Below are positions 45,988 through 55,415 of a stretch of DNA of 64,000 nt, piece by piece. The position numbers and the translations under genes were made by a program. The notes beneath the pieces were generated by a model, which worked only from the letters and a program-made list of their open reading frames with translations, had not been told where the DNA came from and did no database searches. Every line of letters starts with the position of its first letter. Within the stretch, counting starts at the first letter, position 1. This DNA comes from an archaeon GW2011_AR15 (lineage in GTDB: Archaea > Nanobdellota > Nanobdellia > Woesearchaeales > GW2011-AR15), in assembly GCA_000830295.1 (NCBI GenBank), contig CP010425.1, positions 35,927 through 99,926 of the forward strand. The letters run 5' to 3'.

Positions 45988-46347
45988 TTATAGGAGAGAA
46001 AGGAGAGAGATGCCAAGAATCAGCCCCGCAACAACAACTGCAATCACATAGAATACTGCTATGAAAACAAACTGCAGCAGCCATGCAACAAAAGCCTTCC
46101 ACCATTTCAGCCTGAATATCTCCCTGTATATCCATATCATCAGCACAAATGCTATTATCCCGCCGAAAGTCCTGAAGAGGTATCTTACGGCTGAGACAAC
46201 TATCCCTGTAATGAACATGACAAGAAGCGTTGTGAATATGGTTGTTTTTCCGCCAAGGAGCCTCACTGCAAAATAGAGGGGGAGGGCAGAAATAATCATG
46301 ACTACAATTATAATCAGTATTGGGATAAGCACCTCTGATAATGCCAT
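45988..46347 (-). CDS. hypothetical membrane protein
   Basis: 119 aa with three to four TM helices. Confidence 0.35.
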   Translation of the reverse strand: MALSEVLIPILIIIVVMIISALPLYFAVRLLGGKTTIFTTLLVMFITGIVVSAVRYLFRTFGGIIAFVLMIWIYREIFRLKWWKAFVAWLLQFVFIAVFYVIAVVVAGLILGISLLSLL

Positions 46348-46471
46348 CCGGTGAGGGAAGTGAAATAACTATAAAAATATTACCTGAGGGGTATAAAAAG
46401 CATACAACAGCAACCTTTATAATATTCCCCAATGTTCTTTTTACTAAAATAAATTATTTAAAAAATATTAG

Positions 46472-47476
46472 GTGATATATATGCCAAAACATTCAGACCA
46501 GAGGGTCGGAGTATTTATAGACGTACAAAACTTATATTACAGCGCCAAGCAGCTGTACAATGCCAAAGTTAATTTTGCGCACATCCTTAAGAGGGCTGTG
46601 GCCGGAAGGAGACTTATCAGGGCAATTGCCTATGTCATTAAGGCAGACATAAAAGAGGAGCACAATTTCTTTGAAGCCCTTGAAAAGATAGGCTATGATG
46701 TGAGGTCAAAAGACCTGCAGACATTCTACACCGGAGCAAAGAAAGGTGACTGGGATGTGGGCATTGCCATGGATATAATGAGGATGGCAGCAAAGCTTGA
46801 CGTTATTGTTCTTGTCTCAGGAGACGGGGATTTCAAGGACCTGCTTGAGCACGTGAAAGCACTTGGCTGCAGGGCCGAAGTGCTGGCTTTCGGAAAGACA
46901 TCCTCTTCAAGATTAATAGGGGAAGCTGATGAGTTCGGCGACCTTGGAAAAGAGCTTGACAAGGTGCTGATAAAGGGGAACAGCAAGGCATTCAGGACTG
47001 ACAATAAGCCTGCAGCAAGCAGCGGGGGAACTACCGTGACCGCCGTACCAGCAGAAAACAGGCCCGAGAGCAGTGGCAGGGCTGAAAGCAGTGTAATCGC
47101 TGCCAATGATATCAGGAATGAGATGAGCAGGGAGCGCAGAAATTTCAGGCATGACAGGATGAGAGGGAACAGGGGTTTCAGAAGGCCTGACAGGAATATG
47201 GGGGGAGGCAGGGATTTCAGGAGGCCAATGGAGCCTTCAGACAGCGCATCCCTTCTTCAGAAGATAAATATGGACCAGCCGGTTCTTGAGCCAAGGAAAG
47301 AAGAGGCAAAGCTGGTCATGCCAAAAGACGAACCGAAAAAAGAAGAGCCCAAGAAAGAAGAGCCGAGAAGAGAAGAGCCAAAAGAAAGGGCTCCTGAAAA
47401 GCCTGCTGAGCAGCCGGAGGCAAAAAAAACAGCAAAAAAGCCGGCGAAAAAGGCTGTTCCGAAGAAAAAGAAATAA
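46472..47476 (+). CDS. NYN/LabA-like (DUF88) nuclease-fold protein with RG-rich and KEEP-repeat basic tail
   Basis: A NYN core (VGVFIDVQNL...VLVSGDGDF) is followed by an RGxRG segment and tandem KKEEPKKEEPRREEPKE repeats. Confidence 0.6.
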   Translation: MIYMPKHSDQRVGVFIDVQNLYYSAKQLYNAKVNFAHILKRAVAGRRLIRAIAYVIKADIKEEHNFFEALEKIGYDVRSKDLQTFYTGAKKGDWDVGIAMDIMRMAAKLDVIVLVSGDGDFKDLLEHVKALGCRAEVLAFGKTSSSRLIGEADEFGDLGKELDKVLIKGNSKAFRTDNKPAASSGGTTVTAVPAENRPESSGRAESSVIAANDIRNEMSRERRNFRHDRMRGNRGFRRPDRNMGGGRDFRRPMEPSDSASLLQKINMDQPVLEPRKEEAKLVMPKDEPKKEEPKKEEPRREEPKERAPEKPAEQPEAKKTAKKPAKKAVPKKKK

Positions 47477-47508
47477 TCTTTAAATATAAATTTCCATAGC
47501 CTCTTATA

Positions 47509-47835
47509 ATGCTGTCCGCAAAGCTGCTGGAACATAGTGCTATGGATTTTTTCTACAGCATGCTTGAGAGATATGCCAGGTATGGCATCACTCCCGATAA
47601 GATAGAAGGCATAGTCACGGATGAGATCAAAAAAGAGGTTGAATACTGGTGGCAGTACTATCAGGAGGTCGGGGCCAATCCAGGCTGGAACGAAGGCAAG
47701 AGAGAGCTTGTCCTTGACATATATACAATATGGCTGAAGCTTGACGATCTTTCCGGGAACCTCCTGGAAAAAACAGATTACAGTACATTCTATAACTGGC
47801 ATCAGCTGAAAAAACCTCTTCAGGGAGTGAACTGA
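47509..47835 (+). CDS. hypothetical protein
   Basis: 108-aa ORF. Confidence 0.3.
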   Translation: MLSAKLLEHSAMDFFYSMLERYARYGITPDKIEGIVTDEIKKEVEYWWQYYQEVGANPGWNEGKRELVLDIYTIWLKLDDLSGNLLEKTDYSTFYNWHQLKKPLQGVN

Positions 47836-47837
47836 GG

Positions 47838-48368
47838 ATGAGAACCCTGCAGCAGAAGGCAGATGAGCTCTTTGAAAGCCTTGAATGGATGTACAGCGAT
47901 ATTTTCACAGACAGGAAAATAAAGGCGCCTTCTGCCAGGTACAGCATAAGGGTAAGCCCGAAGATAAACAGCAGGGGGCTCGTAGAAATCCATATGGCAA
48001 AATTTGCCATGCTTCCCCAATACCATGATGAAGAGCTTGCTATCCACACCATCTCTATCTGTGATGTTTCTGAAATGTATCCGTTCAGGCTGAGGCTGAA
48101 AAGGAATCCTGATTTTGATGATTATGCCCTTGATATGTTTCTGCTTGATGAGTTCGGGATAGAATATGTTGTCCAGACAACTGACAGGAAAAGATATGTC
48201 GATGACGCCACATTATTCGCCGGAAACATGGATGAGGAAAACAGGATTCACAGCAATTTCCAGACTGCCGGAAATTTTGAGGAGAAGGTTCTTGACAGGG
48301 TCATGAAAAGAGCAATGAAATATCTCCCTCCTGAAAACGAAAGCTATCTTTCTGCATACAGCTCATAA
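47838..48368 (+). CDS. hypothetical protein
   Basis: 176-aa ORF, immediately after the preceding ORF. Confidence 0.35.
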   Translation: MRTLQQKADELFESLEWMYSDIFTDRKIKAPSARYSIRVSPKINSRGLVEIHMAKFAMLPQYHDEELAIHTISICDVSEMYPFRLRLKRNPDFDDYALDMFLLDEFGIEYVVQTTDRKRYVDDATLFAGNMDEENRIHSNFQTAGNFEEKVLDRVMKRAMKYLPPENESYLSAYSS

Positions 48369-48418
48369 GAAAACTTTAAATAGTTTCATCGCGATTCCTA
48401 ACTCAGGTGATTTAAAAC

Positions 48419-48727
48419 ATGGGAGAACTTTACGATAAGGAATACAAAGAAGGCACAAAAAAATTTCTGGATGAGACAAAGGAAGCTGCAGAGGCATACA
48501 AGCAGTACCAAAAGGCTCTTTCTGACACCAGCCCGTTTGACAAGAAGACAAATGAGCTTATCATGGTTGCTGTCAGCGCAGCACTGCAGTGCGATTACTG
48601 CATTGAGACGCATTCAAAAAGGGCAAAGCTCGCAGGCGCAACAGACAAAGAGATTGCTTTTGCAGTGCATCTTGCGGCTTCTGTAAAGCACGGGGCAACT
48701 GTAAGCTACGGAGTGAAAGCCCTCTGA
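48419..48727 (+). CDS. AhpD-like carboxymuconolactone decarboxylase family protein
   Basis: CDYCIETH motif (CxxC...H) of the AhpD core. Confidence 0.6.
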   Translation: MGELYDKEYKEGTKKFLDETKEAAEAYKQYQKALSDTSPFDKKTNELIMVAVSAALQCDYCIETHSKRAKLAGATDKEIAFAVHLAASVKHGATVSYGVKAL

Positions 48728-48728
48728 G

Positions 48729-49604
48729 ATGCAATCCGTAATTATGAAGCCCGAGTGGCTCAGGATAATGCCTCCAAAGGAAAAGTTCAGTGAGGTAAAA
48801 GGGATAATAAGCAGCCACAGGCTCAACACTGTCTGCCAGGAAGCGCACTGCCCAAATATGTCAGAGTGCTGGTCTTCTGGGACAGCAACATTCATGCTGA
48901 TGGGAGACACCTGCACAAGAGGATGCAGGTTCTGCGCTGTAAAGACAGGAAAGCCGGGAGAGCTTGACAGGACAGAGCCGGCGAGGCTGGCAAAGGCAAT
49001 AAAAGAGCTCGGGGTCTTTGATTATGTTGTGCTTACTTCTGTTGACCGCGATGACCTTGAAGACCAGGGCGCCAATCATCTTGCCGAATGCATAAGGGAA
49101 ATAAAAAAGCAGTATCCGGGGATTATTGTTGAAATCCTTATCCCTGATTTCAGGGGAGACAAAGAGCTTCTCAGAATTATAGCTGATGCCGGGCCTGAGG
49201 TAATTGCGCACAATGTTGAGACTGTTGAAAGGCTTCAGAGGAAAGTGAGGGATTACAGGGCAAACTACATGCAGTCATTGTCAGTTCTCCGGAATGTGAA
49301 AAAGCTCAGCAGAAAAATCTATACAAAAACTTCCATAATGCTCGGGCTTGGTGAAAAAGAGGATGAAGTAATCCAGGCAATGAAGGATTTAAGAGCCATT
49401 GATGTTAATATTATAACATTTGGGCAATACCTAAGACCATCACAGAAACATTTGGCAGTCAGCGAATATGTAAAGCCAGAAAAATTTAAATATTATGAAG
49501 AGGTTGCCAATAGCCTGGGGTTTTTATATTGCGCGTCTGGCCCTTTTGTAAGGAGCTCATATAAAGCAGGGGAATTATTTTTGAAGGGGAAAATAAATGG
49601 TTAA
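48729..49604 (+). CDS. lipA: lipoyl synthase
   Basis: CPNMSEC auxiliary-cluster motif, radical SAM CTRGCRFC, and KPEWL at the N-terminus. Confidence 0.9.
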   Translation: MQSVIMKPEWLRIMPPKEKFSEVKGIISSHRLNTVCQEAHCPNMSECWSSGTATFMLMGDTCTRGCRFCAVKTGKPGELDRTEPARLAKAIKELGVFDYVVLTSVDRDDLEDQGANHLAECIREIKKQYPGIIVEILIPDFRGDKELLRIIADAGPEVIAHNVETVERLQRKVRDYRANYMQSLSVLRNVKKLSRKIYTKTSIMLGLGEKEDEVIQAMKDLRAIDVNIITFGQYLRPSQKHLAVSEYVKPEKFKYYEEVANSLGFLYCASGPFVRSSYKAGELFLKGKING

Positions 49605-50661
49605 GAAAGTCATAGGGAAATTCGAGGTTGAATACCTGCAGGTTCTTGATGAGGAAGGCAATGCTGATGAGGCCCTCATGCCGAAGCTGACAGGCAGGCA
49701 GATAAAAGAGCTCTATGAAAACATGATCCTTGTCAGGACTTTTGATGACAAGGCTTTCTCAATGCAGAGACAGGGGAGGATAGGCTCATACCTCCAGGTA
49801 AAGGGGCAGGAAGCAGCACAGGTGGGCTCTGTCTATGCCCTACAGGACAAGGACTGGCTGTTCCCTATGTACAGGAGCAGTGGGGCATTGCTTGCAAGGA
49901 AGCAGCCCATGCATCTTCTCTATCTTTACTGGGGCGGAGATGAACGCGGTTTGAAAAGTCCGGAGAATGTGAATAATTTTCCCATTGCAATACCTGTCGG
50001 GACGCAGATACCTCATGCAGTAGGTGCTGCCTGGGCATCAAATCTCCTTGGAAAAAAAGAAGTCTCGCTGGTATTCTTCGGAGAAGGCGCAACATCAAAG
50101 GCAGATTTCCACACTGCAATGAATTTTGCAGGAGTCTATCAGGTTCCGTGCATTCTTGTCTGCGAGAACAACCAGTGGGCAATTTCTGTGCCGAGAAAAA
50201 TACAGACGCATTCAGAGACAATAGCACAGAAGGGAATTGCATACGGGGTTAAGGGAATCCAGGTCGACGGGAACGATATTTTTGCAGTCTACAAAGCAGT
50301 AAAAGAGGCTGTTGATGATGCAAGAGCAGGCAAAGGCCCTGCATTAATAGAGTGCATGACCTACAGGATAGGGGACCACAGCACAAGCGATGACGCAAAA
50401 AAATACAGGGGCGAAAAAGAAGTCGAGGAGTGGGCGAAAAAAGACCCTGTGCTCAGGCTTGAGAGATATATGAAAAAGAAAAAGCTGCTTGATGAAGCGT
50501 ATAAGAAAAAAGTCCTTGAGAATGCAAAAGAGACTGTTGAGAAAGAAGTGAAGAAATATGAGGAGTATCCTGCGCCTGACAGGGAAGATATCTTCAAGTA
50601 CACATTTGCGGAGATGCCGCAGCAGCTGAAAGAGCAGTTTGAGGAGTTCAAGAATGGTTAG
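49597..50661 (+). CDS. pdhA: 2-oxoacid (pyruvate) dehydrogenase E1 alpha subunit
   Basis: TPP-binding GDG...N region and a phosphorylation-loop-like YRIGDHSTSDD. Confidence 0.8.
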   Translation: MVKKVIGKFEVEYLQVLDEEGNADEALMPKLTGRQIKELYENMILVRTFDDKAFSMQRQGRIGSYLQVKGQEAAQVGSVYALQDKDWLFPMYRSSGALLARKQPMHLLYLYWGGDERGLKSPENVNNFPIAIPVGTQIPHAVGAAWASNLLGKKEVSLVFFGEGATSKADFHTAMNFAGVYQVPCILVCENNQWAISVPRKIQTHSETIAQKGIAYGVKGIQVDGNDIFAVYKAVKEAVDDARAGKGPALIECMTYRIGDHSTSDDAKKYRGEKEVEEWAKKDPVLRLERYMKKKKLLDEAYKKKVLENAKETVEKEVKKYEEYPAPDREDIFKYTFAEMPQQLKEQFEEFKNG

Positions 50662-51625
50662 CATGAATAATGTAGAAGCAGTGAGATCCGCGCTTGACCA
50701 GGCGCTGAAATCTGATAAGAGTGTTGTTGTGCTTGGGGAAGATGTCGGAGTAAACGGCGGAGTCTTCAGGGCAACTGACGGGCTGCAGAAAAAATACGGA
50801 AAAGACAGGGTAATTGACACTCCGCTGAGCGAGGAAGGCATTGTGGGAATGGCAATAGGCCTGGCTGTCACCGGGGTAAAGCCTGTTGCAGAGATACAGT
50901 TCTCTGGATTTTTGCCTGCTGCATTTGACCAGATATTCAGCCATGCCGCAAGGATAAGGTCAAGGAGCAGGGGAAGGTTTACATGCCCGATGGTGATAAG
51001 GGCGCCTGCAGGCGGGGGAATACGGGCTCTTGAGCTTCACTGCGAAATGCCGGAAGCGCTGTTTGCGCATATCCCTGGGATAAAGGTTGTCTGCCCGAGT
51101 ACGCCTTATGACACAAAAGGCCTGCTGCTGGCTGCAATAAAAGACCCTGACCCTGTGATATTTTTAGAGCCTATGAGGATCTACAGGGCAGTAAAGCAGG
51201 ATGTCCCTGAAAAGGAATACACAATTCCGCTGGGAAAAGCCAATGTCATAAAAGAAGGAACTGACATCACAATAATAACCTGGGGCTCAATGGTGAAATA
51301 CACCCTTGATGCTGTTGCCGGGCTTGATGATGTTGATGCTGAGGTAATTGATCTGCGGACAATATATCCTTTTGATACTGAGGCGATAATAAAGAGCGTC
51401 GGGAAAACAGGCAGGGCGGTTGTCGTGCATGAGGCCCCGAAGACCTCCGGGTTCGGAGCTGAGATTGTGGCAACAATAAATGAGAAAGCTCTTGACTCCC
51501 TGGATGCGCCTGTGCTGAGAGTTACAGGCTATGACACTGCGCTTCCGTTTGCAAGGCTGGAGATGCAGTTCATACCGAGCAAAGAAAGGATTATAAAGGC
51601 AATTAACGAGGTTATGGATTATTAA
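50654..51625 (+). CDS. pdhB: 2-oxoacid dehydrogenase E1 beta subunit
   Basis: Transketolase-like pyrimidine-binding and C-terminal domains. Start taken at MVSMNN. Confidence 0.8.
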   Translation: MVSMNNVEAVRSALDQALKSDKSVVVLGEDVGVNGGVFRATDGLQKKYGKDRVIDTPLSEEGIVGMAIGLAVTGVKPVAEIQFSGFLPAAFDQIFSHAARIRSRSRGRFTCPMVIRAPAGGGIRALELHCEMPEALFAHIPGIKVVCPSTPYDTKGLLLAAIKDPDPVIFLEPMRIYRAVKQDVPEKEYTIPLGKANVIKEGTDITIITWGSMVKYTLDAVAGLDDVDAEVIDLRTIYPFDTEAIIKSVGKTGRAVVVHEAPKTSGFGAEIVATINEKALDSLDAPVLRVTGYDTALPFARLEMQFIPSKERIIKAINEVMDY

Positions 51626-51637
51626 TTGAAAAATAGA

Positions 51638-52846
51638 ATGGTATTTGATTTTAAGTTCCCGGATGTTGGAGAAGGCATTACTGAAGGGACTATTGTAAAG
51701 TGGAAAGTAAAAGCAGGCGATTCTGTCAAGGCTGATGAGCCTATTGCTGAAATCGAGACAGACAAGGCAATTGTTGATATCCCTACGCCAAAGGCCGGAG
51801 TAATCCTGAAAATCAATCACAGAGAGGGAGAAACAATAAAAGTCGGGGAGACCCTTGCAGTTATTGGCGAGAAGGGAGAGAAGGCAGGAGAAACAAAAGA
51901 AAAAAAAGAAGGCAGGGAAGATGAGCACTACACAGGCAGTGTCGTCGGCTTCCTTGAAGAGGCAAAGGATGAGTTTAAGCCAGGAAGAAGCTCCAAAAAA
52001 GAGTCGGAGTCTTCAGAGAAAAGAATAAGGGCCACCCCGAAAATAAGAATGCTTGCAAAAGAGCTCAATGTTGAGCTGAAAAATATTGTCCCGACAGGCC
52101 ACGGCGGAAGAATAAGTGAGGAAGACATCAGGAAGTCTGTTAAAAAAGCAGCTAAAAGAGAATATCACGGCAAGGTTACAAGGAGGGAACTGAAAGGGGT
52201 AAGAAAAACTATTGCAAAAAACCTTGTTGAAGCCCACCTGGCAACTGTTCCTGTAACCACAATGCATGACGCTGATGTAACAGGGCTCTGGGAAGCAAGG
52301 GAAAAAGAAAAAATAAGCGCAGAAAAGAAGGGAGTAAAGCTTACCTTCCTCCCATATATAATAAAAGCAGCAACTGAAGCGCTGAAAAAGCATCCTGAGA
52401 TAAACTCAACTCTTGAGGGTGATGAAATTGTGCTGAAAAACTACTATCATATAGGGTTTGCCGTTGATACTGATGACGGGCTTATAGTGCCTGTGGTAAA
52501 AGACGCTGACAAGAAATCCCTGATGGAACTTGCGAAAGAACTGGCAGAGCTGGGAGAAAAGGCAAGGGCAAGGAAGCTTGGGATAGATGAAATAAAAGGG
52601 GGTTCTTTCTCAATAACTAATTTAGGCTCTGTGGGAGTGAAATATTTTACGCCGGTAATTAATTATCCTGAAAGCGCCATACTCGGCCTGGGAAGCATCG
52701 GGAACATGCCGGTCGCATCAGAGAATGACATCAAAATAAGAAAAATACTCCCTCTTTCGCTTACATTCGATCACAGGGTAATAGACGGCGCGCAGGCGTC
52801 AAGGTTCATGCTGGATTTAATCAAAAATCTGGAAAGCATAAAATAG
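51638..52846 (+). CDS. dihydrolipoamide acyltransferase E2 (lipoyl domain, E3-binding domain, catalytic domain)
   Basis: Lipoyl-lysine context IETDKA, a PSBD segment, and the catalytic DHRVIDG motif. The track start at 51626 is TTG, so the ATG at 51638 is used. Confidence 0.8.
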   Translation: MVFDFKFPDVGEGITEGTIVKWKVKAGDSVKADEPIAEIETDKAIVDIPTPKAGVILKINHREGETIKVGETLAVIGEKGEKAGETKEKKEGREDEHYTGSVVGFLEEAKDEFKPGRSSKKESESSEKRIRATPKIRMLAKELNVELKNIVPTGHGGRISEEDIRKSVKKAAKREYHGKVTRRELKGVRKTIAKNLVEAHLATVPVTTMHDADVTGLWEAREKEKISAEKKGVKLTFLPYIIKAATEALKKHPEINSTLEGDEIVLKNYYHIGFAVDTDDGLIVPVVKDADKKSLMELAKELAELGEKARARKLGIDEIKGGSFSITNLGSVGVKYFTPVINYPESAILGLGSIGNMPVASENDIKIRKILPLSLTFDHRVIDGAQASRFMLDLIKNLESIK

Positions 52847-52861
52847 AGTAAATAAAAAACA

Positions 52862-53284
52862 TTGGGGGTGCAAAAAAAAATGGTAAACTGGTTATCTGTA
52901 CTAGGAACTGCATTAGCAGGCTTTTTGCTGGGATGGATTTGGTATGGCCCGTTGTTCGGAAAACAGTGGATGAAGCTGATGAAAATATCCAAGAAAGACA
53001 TGCAAAAAGCAAAGAAGAAAAGCATGGTTACACCGATGGTCGGCGGGTTCCTTGCTACGGTTGTTATGGCTTATGTGCTTGATACATTCGTTAGACTTGT
53101 GGCTGCCACAACTTTTGTTGAGGGAGCAATCCTCGGATTCTGGCTGTGGCTGGGGTTCGTGGCAACTGTTCTCCTGGGAAAAGTCCTGTGGGAGAACAAA
53201 TCATTCAGCCTCTACCTTATTGACTCGCTGCATTATCTTGCTGTGCTTGGGTTGATGGGCGGTCTATTGGCTGTCTGGATATAA
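52862..53284 (+). CDS. DUF1761-like membrane protein
   Basis: 140 aa with four TM helices. Confidence 0.35.
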   Translation: MGVQKKMVNWLSVLGTALAGFLLGWIWYGPLFGKQWMKLMKISKKDMQKAKKKSMVTPMVGGFLATVVMAYVLDTFVRLVAATTFVEGAILGFWLWLGFVATVLLGKVLWENKSFSLYLIDSLHYLAVLGLMGGLLAVWI

Positions 53285-53351
53285 TTCTTTTTTTATTTTT
53301 TATTAGTTAACTTTAAATATAGTTTAATTACTGGGTTGCTGGGGAAAACTT

Positions 53352-54206
53352 ATGGCAGAAAACAGGGTTGTTGTTATCGGCGGTTCCGGTGTGCATGACA
53401 GCCCCGGCTTCAAAGAGGCTGTATGGGAAACACTGGATTTGGGAACACCTTATGGCAGGATAGAATATCAGGAAAGAGAAGATGGTGTAGTCTTTATACC
53501 AAGGCATGGCCATAATGTGAAATATGCCCCCCATCTTACGCAGTATATTGAAAACAGCCTGGCAGCAGCCCATCTTGGTGATGTCGTTATAGCCACCAGC
53601 GCAGTAGGGACATACCATCCTGAAAAAATCAAAGTCAAAGGCCTGGTTATTCCTGATGACTATATAGACATGACAACAGGAAGGAAATCTGACCCTTATG
53701 GCGAGGGAATTACGGTCCATGCAAACCCAAGGCCTGCATTTACTGAAGAAGTCAGGAAAATTCTTCTTGAGAGCGGGAAGAAGCATTCGCATGCTTTTAA
53801 TGGAGTTACAGATGGCGGCACATACCTGACTATGGACGGATCGAGGTTCGGCACAAGAGCTGAAGGGAACATGAGGGCATATTATGCTGACCTTGCGGGA
53901 ATGACCTGCAATCCTGAAGCTGAGATAATGATGTATCTTGATATGCCTTATGCACTTGCTGCATTTGTTGTTGATGAGGATGTTGACGCTGACCACGAAC
54001 TGTCAACAATGGCTGTTATGAAAGAGCTTTCACAGCCTGATAAAGTCCCTGCTTTCATAGAGACTGCAATTGAGCTTGCAAAAGAAATGAAACTGCCTGA
54101 ACGTGACCCGAGAATTGCAACAGGAATAATAGAACAGGGTCTGGAAAGGATCGCCAATAAATACGCAAGACAAAGAGCAGGATATCTTATGCAGAAATAC
54201 AAGTAA
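53352..54206 (+). CDS. 5'-methylthioadenosine/purine nucleoside phosphorylase (PNP family 1)
   Basis: VVIGGSG, RHGHN and SAVG motifs of the MTAP/PNP family. Confidence 0.7.
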   Translation: MAENRVVVIGGSGVHDSPGFKEAVWETLDLGTPYGRIEYQEREDGVVFIPRHGHNVKYAPHLTQYIENSLAAAHLGDVVIATSAVGTYHPEKIKVKGLVIPDDYIDMTTGRKSDPYGEGITVHANPRPAFTEEVRKILLESGKKHSHAFNGVTDGGTYLTMDGSRFGTRAEGNMRAYYADLAGMTCNPEAEIMMYLDMPYALAAFVVDEDVDADHELSTMAVMKELSQPDKVPAFIETAIELAKEMKLPERDPRIATGIIEQGLERIANKYARQRAGYLMQKYK

Positions 54207-54950
54207 TTATTTCATGAAATTCCACTCTCTTGTGGAATATTTTTCTTCTACCAGCTGCCTTGCCCGCTTAATCTCCTCTTCAGCAAGCTCCCCGAAGCTG
54301 AATTCCTTCCCTTCTGTAAATCCCTTGAGCAGGGCATTATATGTATCTTCCCTCGTAACTTTTTTGTAATCTATCACTCTTGTAACCCTTTCTTCAACAG
54401 ACTTTATTATTTTATCGCGGATTTTCTCATCAGGAATTTTGAGAACAGTGAACATCCTCTTCACATCAACATCATATAATATTGTGCCGTGCTGCAGCAA
54501 TACGTTATTCCTCCTTGTCTGCGCATTGCCTGATATCTTCTTATTTCCGACAACAATATCATTTATAGGCACAAACTGCGCATCAATCCCTATATTTTTC
54601 AGCCCTTTGACCACCCAGCCGCATATTTCTTTATAGCTCTCGATTATATTTTTCGGGAACATTCCAACCGGACCAATTACGGAATAAGTTATCTCTCCGT
54701 CATGGGAATGATAGACTGCCCCGCCGCCTGTCCTTCTTCTCACTATGCTGATGCCAAGCTTCCTGCATTTTCTCGCGTCAACAACATCATCCATGCTCTG
54801 GAAATATCCTATGGAAACCGCACTCGGAAGCCATCTGTAGAATCTTATTGTCGGCTCTCCCCCTTCTGCAACTGATTCAGAGACTGCCTCATCTATCGCC
54901 ATATTCATGAAAGCATGGTCCATTTCCAGGGGTATGACTCTCCACTTCAT
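54207..54950 (-). CDS. lplA: lipoate-protein ligase A, catalytic (N-terminal) domain protein
   Basis: BPL/LPL catalytic motifs RRTGGGAVYH and KISGNAQ. Confidence 0.8.
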   Translation of the reverse strand: MKWRVIPLEMDHAFMNMAIDEAVSESVAEGGEPTIRFYRWLPSAVSIGYFQSMDDVVDARKCRKLGISIVRRRTGGGAVYHSHDGEITYSVIGPVGMFPKNIIESYKEICGWVVKGLKNIGIDAQFVPINDIVVGNKKISGNAQTRRNNVLLQHGTILYDVDVKRMFTVLKIPDEKIRDKIIKSVEERVTRVIDYKKVTREDTYNALLKGFTEGKEFSFGELAEEEIKRARQLVEEKYSTREWNFMK

Positions 54951-55219
54951 TTTTGATCAACTGCCTTTTTCAGCACTCTTGCTATTGCGGCCGCATCCAG
55001 GCCTATCAGCTGGTAGCCCTTTTCTGCTATGACTTTCTGCAGCTCTTCTGCAATCTCTTTTTCATCAAAATCCTTTTTTATGCCCGCCAGTCTTTTCTCT
55101 ATCTCTTTTATTGATTCTTCAGGGTGCGCAAAGAAATCGCCTGTAATATCAACTTTCTCTATTTTGTCACCGAAATCTACTTTTATAACTAGAAGTTTTC
55201 CGCCCTCAACTTTCTCCAT
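54947..55219 (-). CDS. lipoate-protein ligase C-terminal domain protein (LplB-like)
   Basis: A small acidic protein encoded directly upstream of, and overlapping, the LplA catalytic-domain gene. Confidence 0.5.
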   Translation of the reverse strand: MEKVEGGKLLVIKVDFGDKIEKVDITGDFFAHPEESIKEIEKRLAGIKKDFDEKEIAEELQKVIAEKGYQLIGLDAAAIARVLKKAVDQK

Positions 55220-55415
55220 TGCCTGAGTGTGCACAATAAATGAAAGTGATTCACTTATAAATATGTTTCCAAATACAAAATATCAATTTGGAAAATCTTA
55301 AATAGAAAATATCCTTACCCAGGCCTAAAAGGGGGTGGAATATGAGGCGAGCATATCGCTTTATAGTCAATAGTTTAGTTCTTAATAGTTCTTTTAATAG
55401 AGGGGGTAATCTGAA

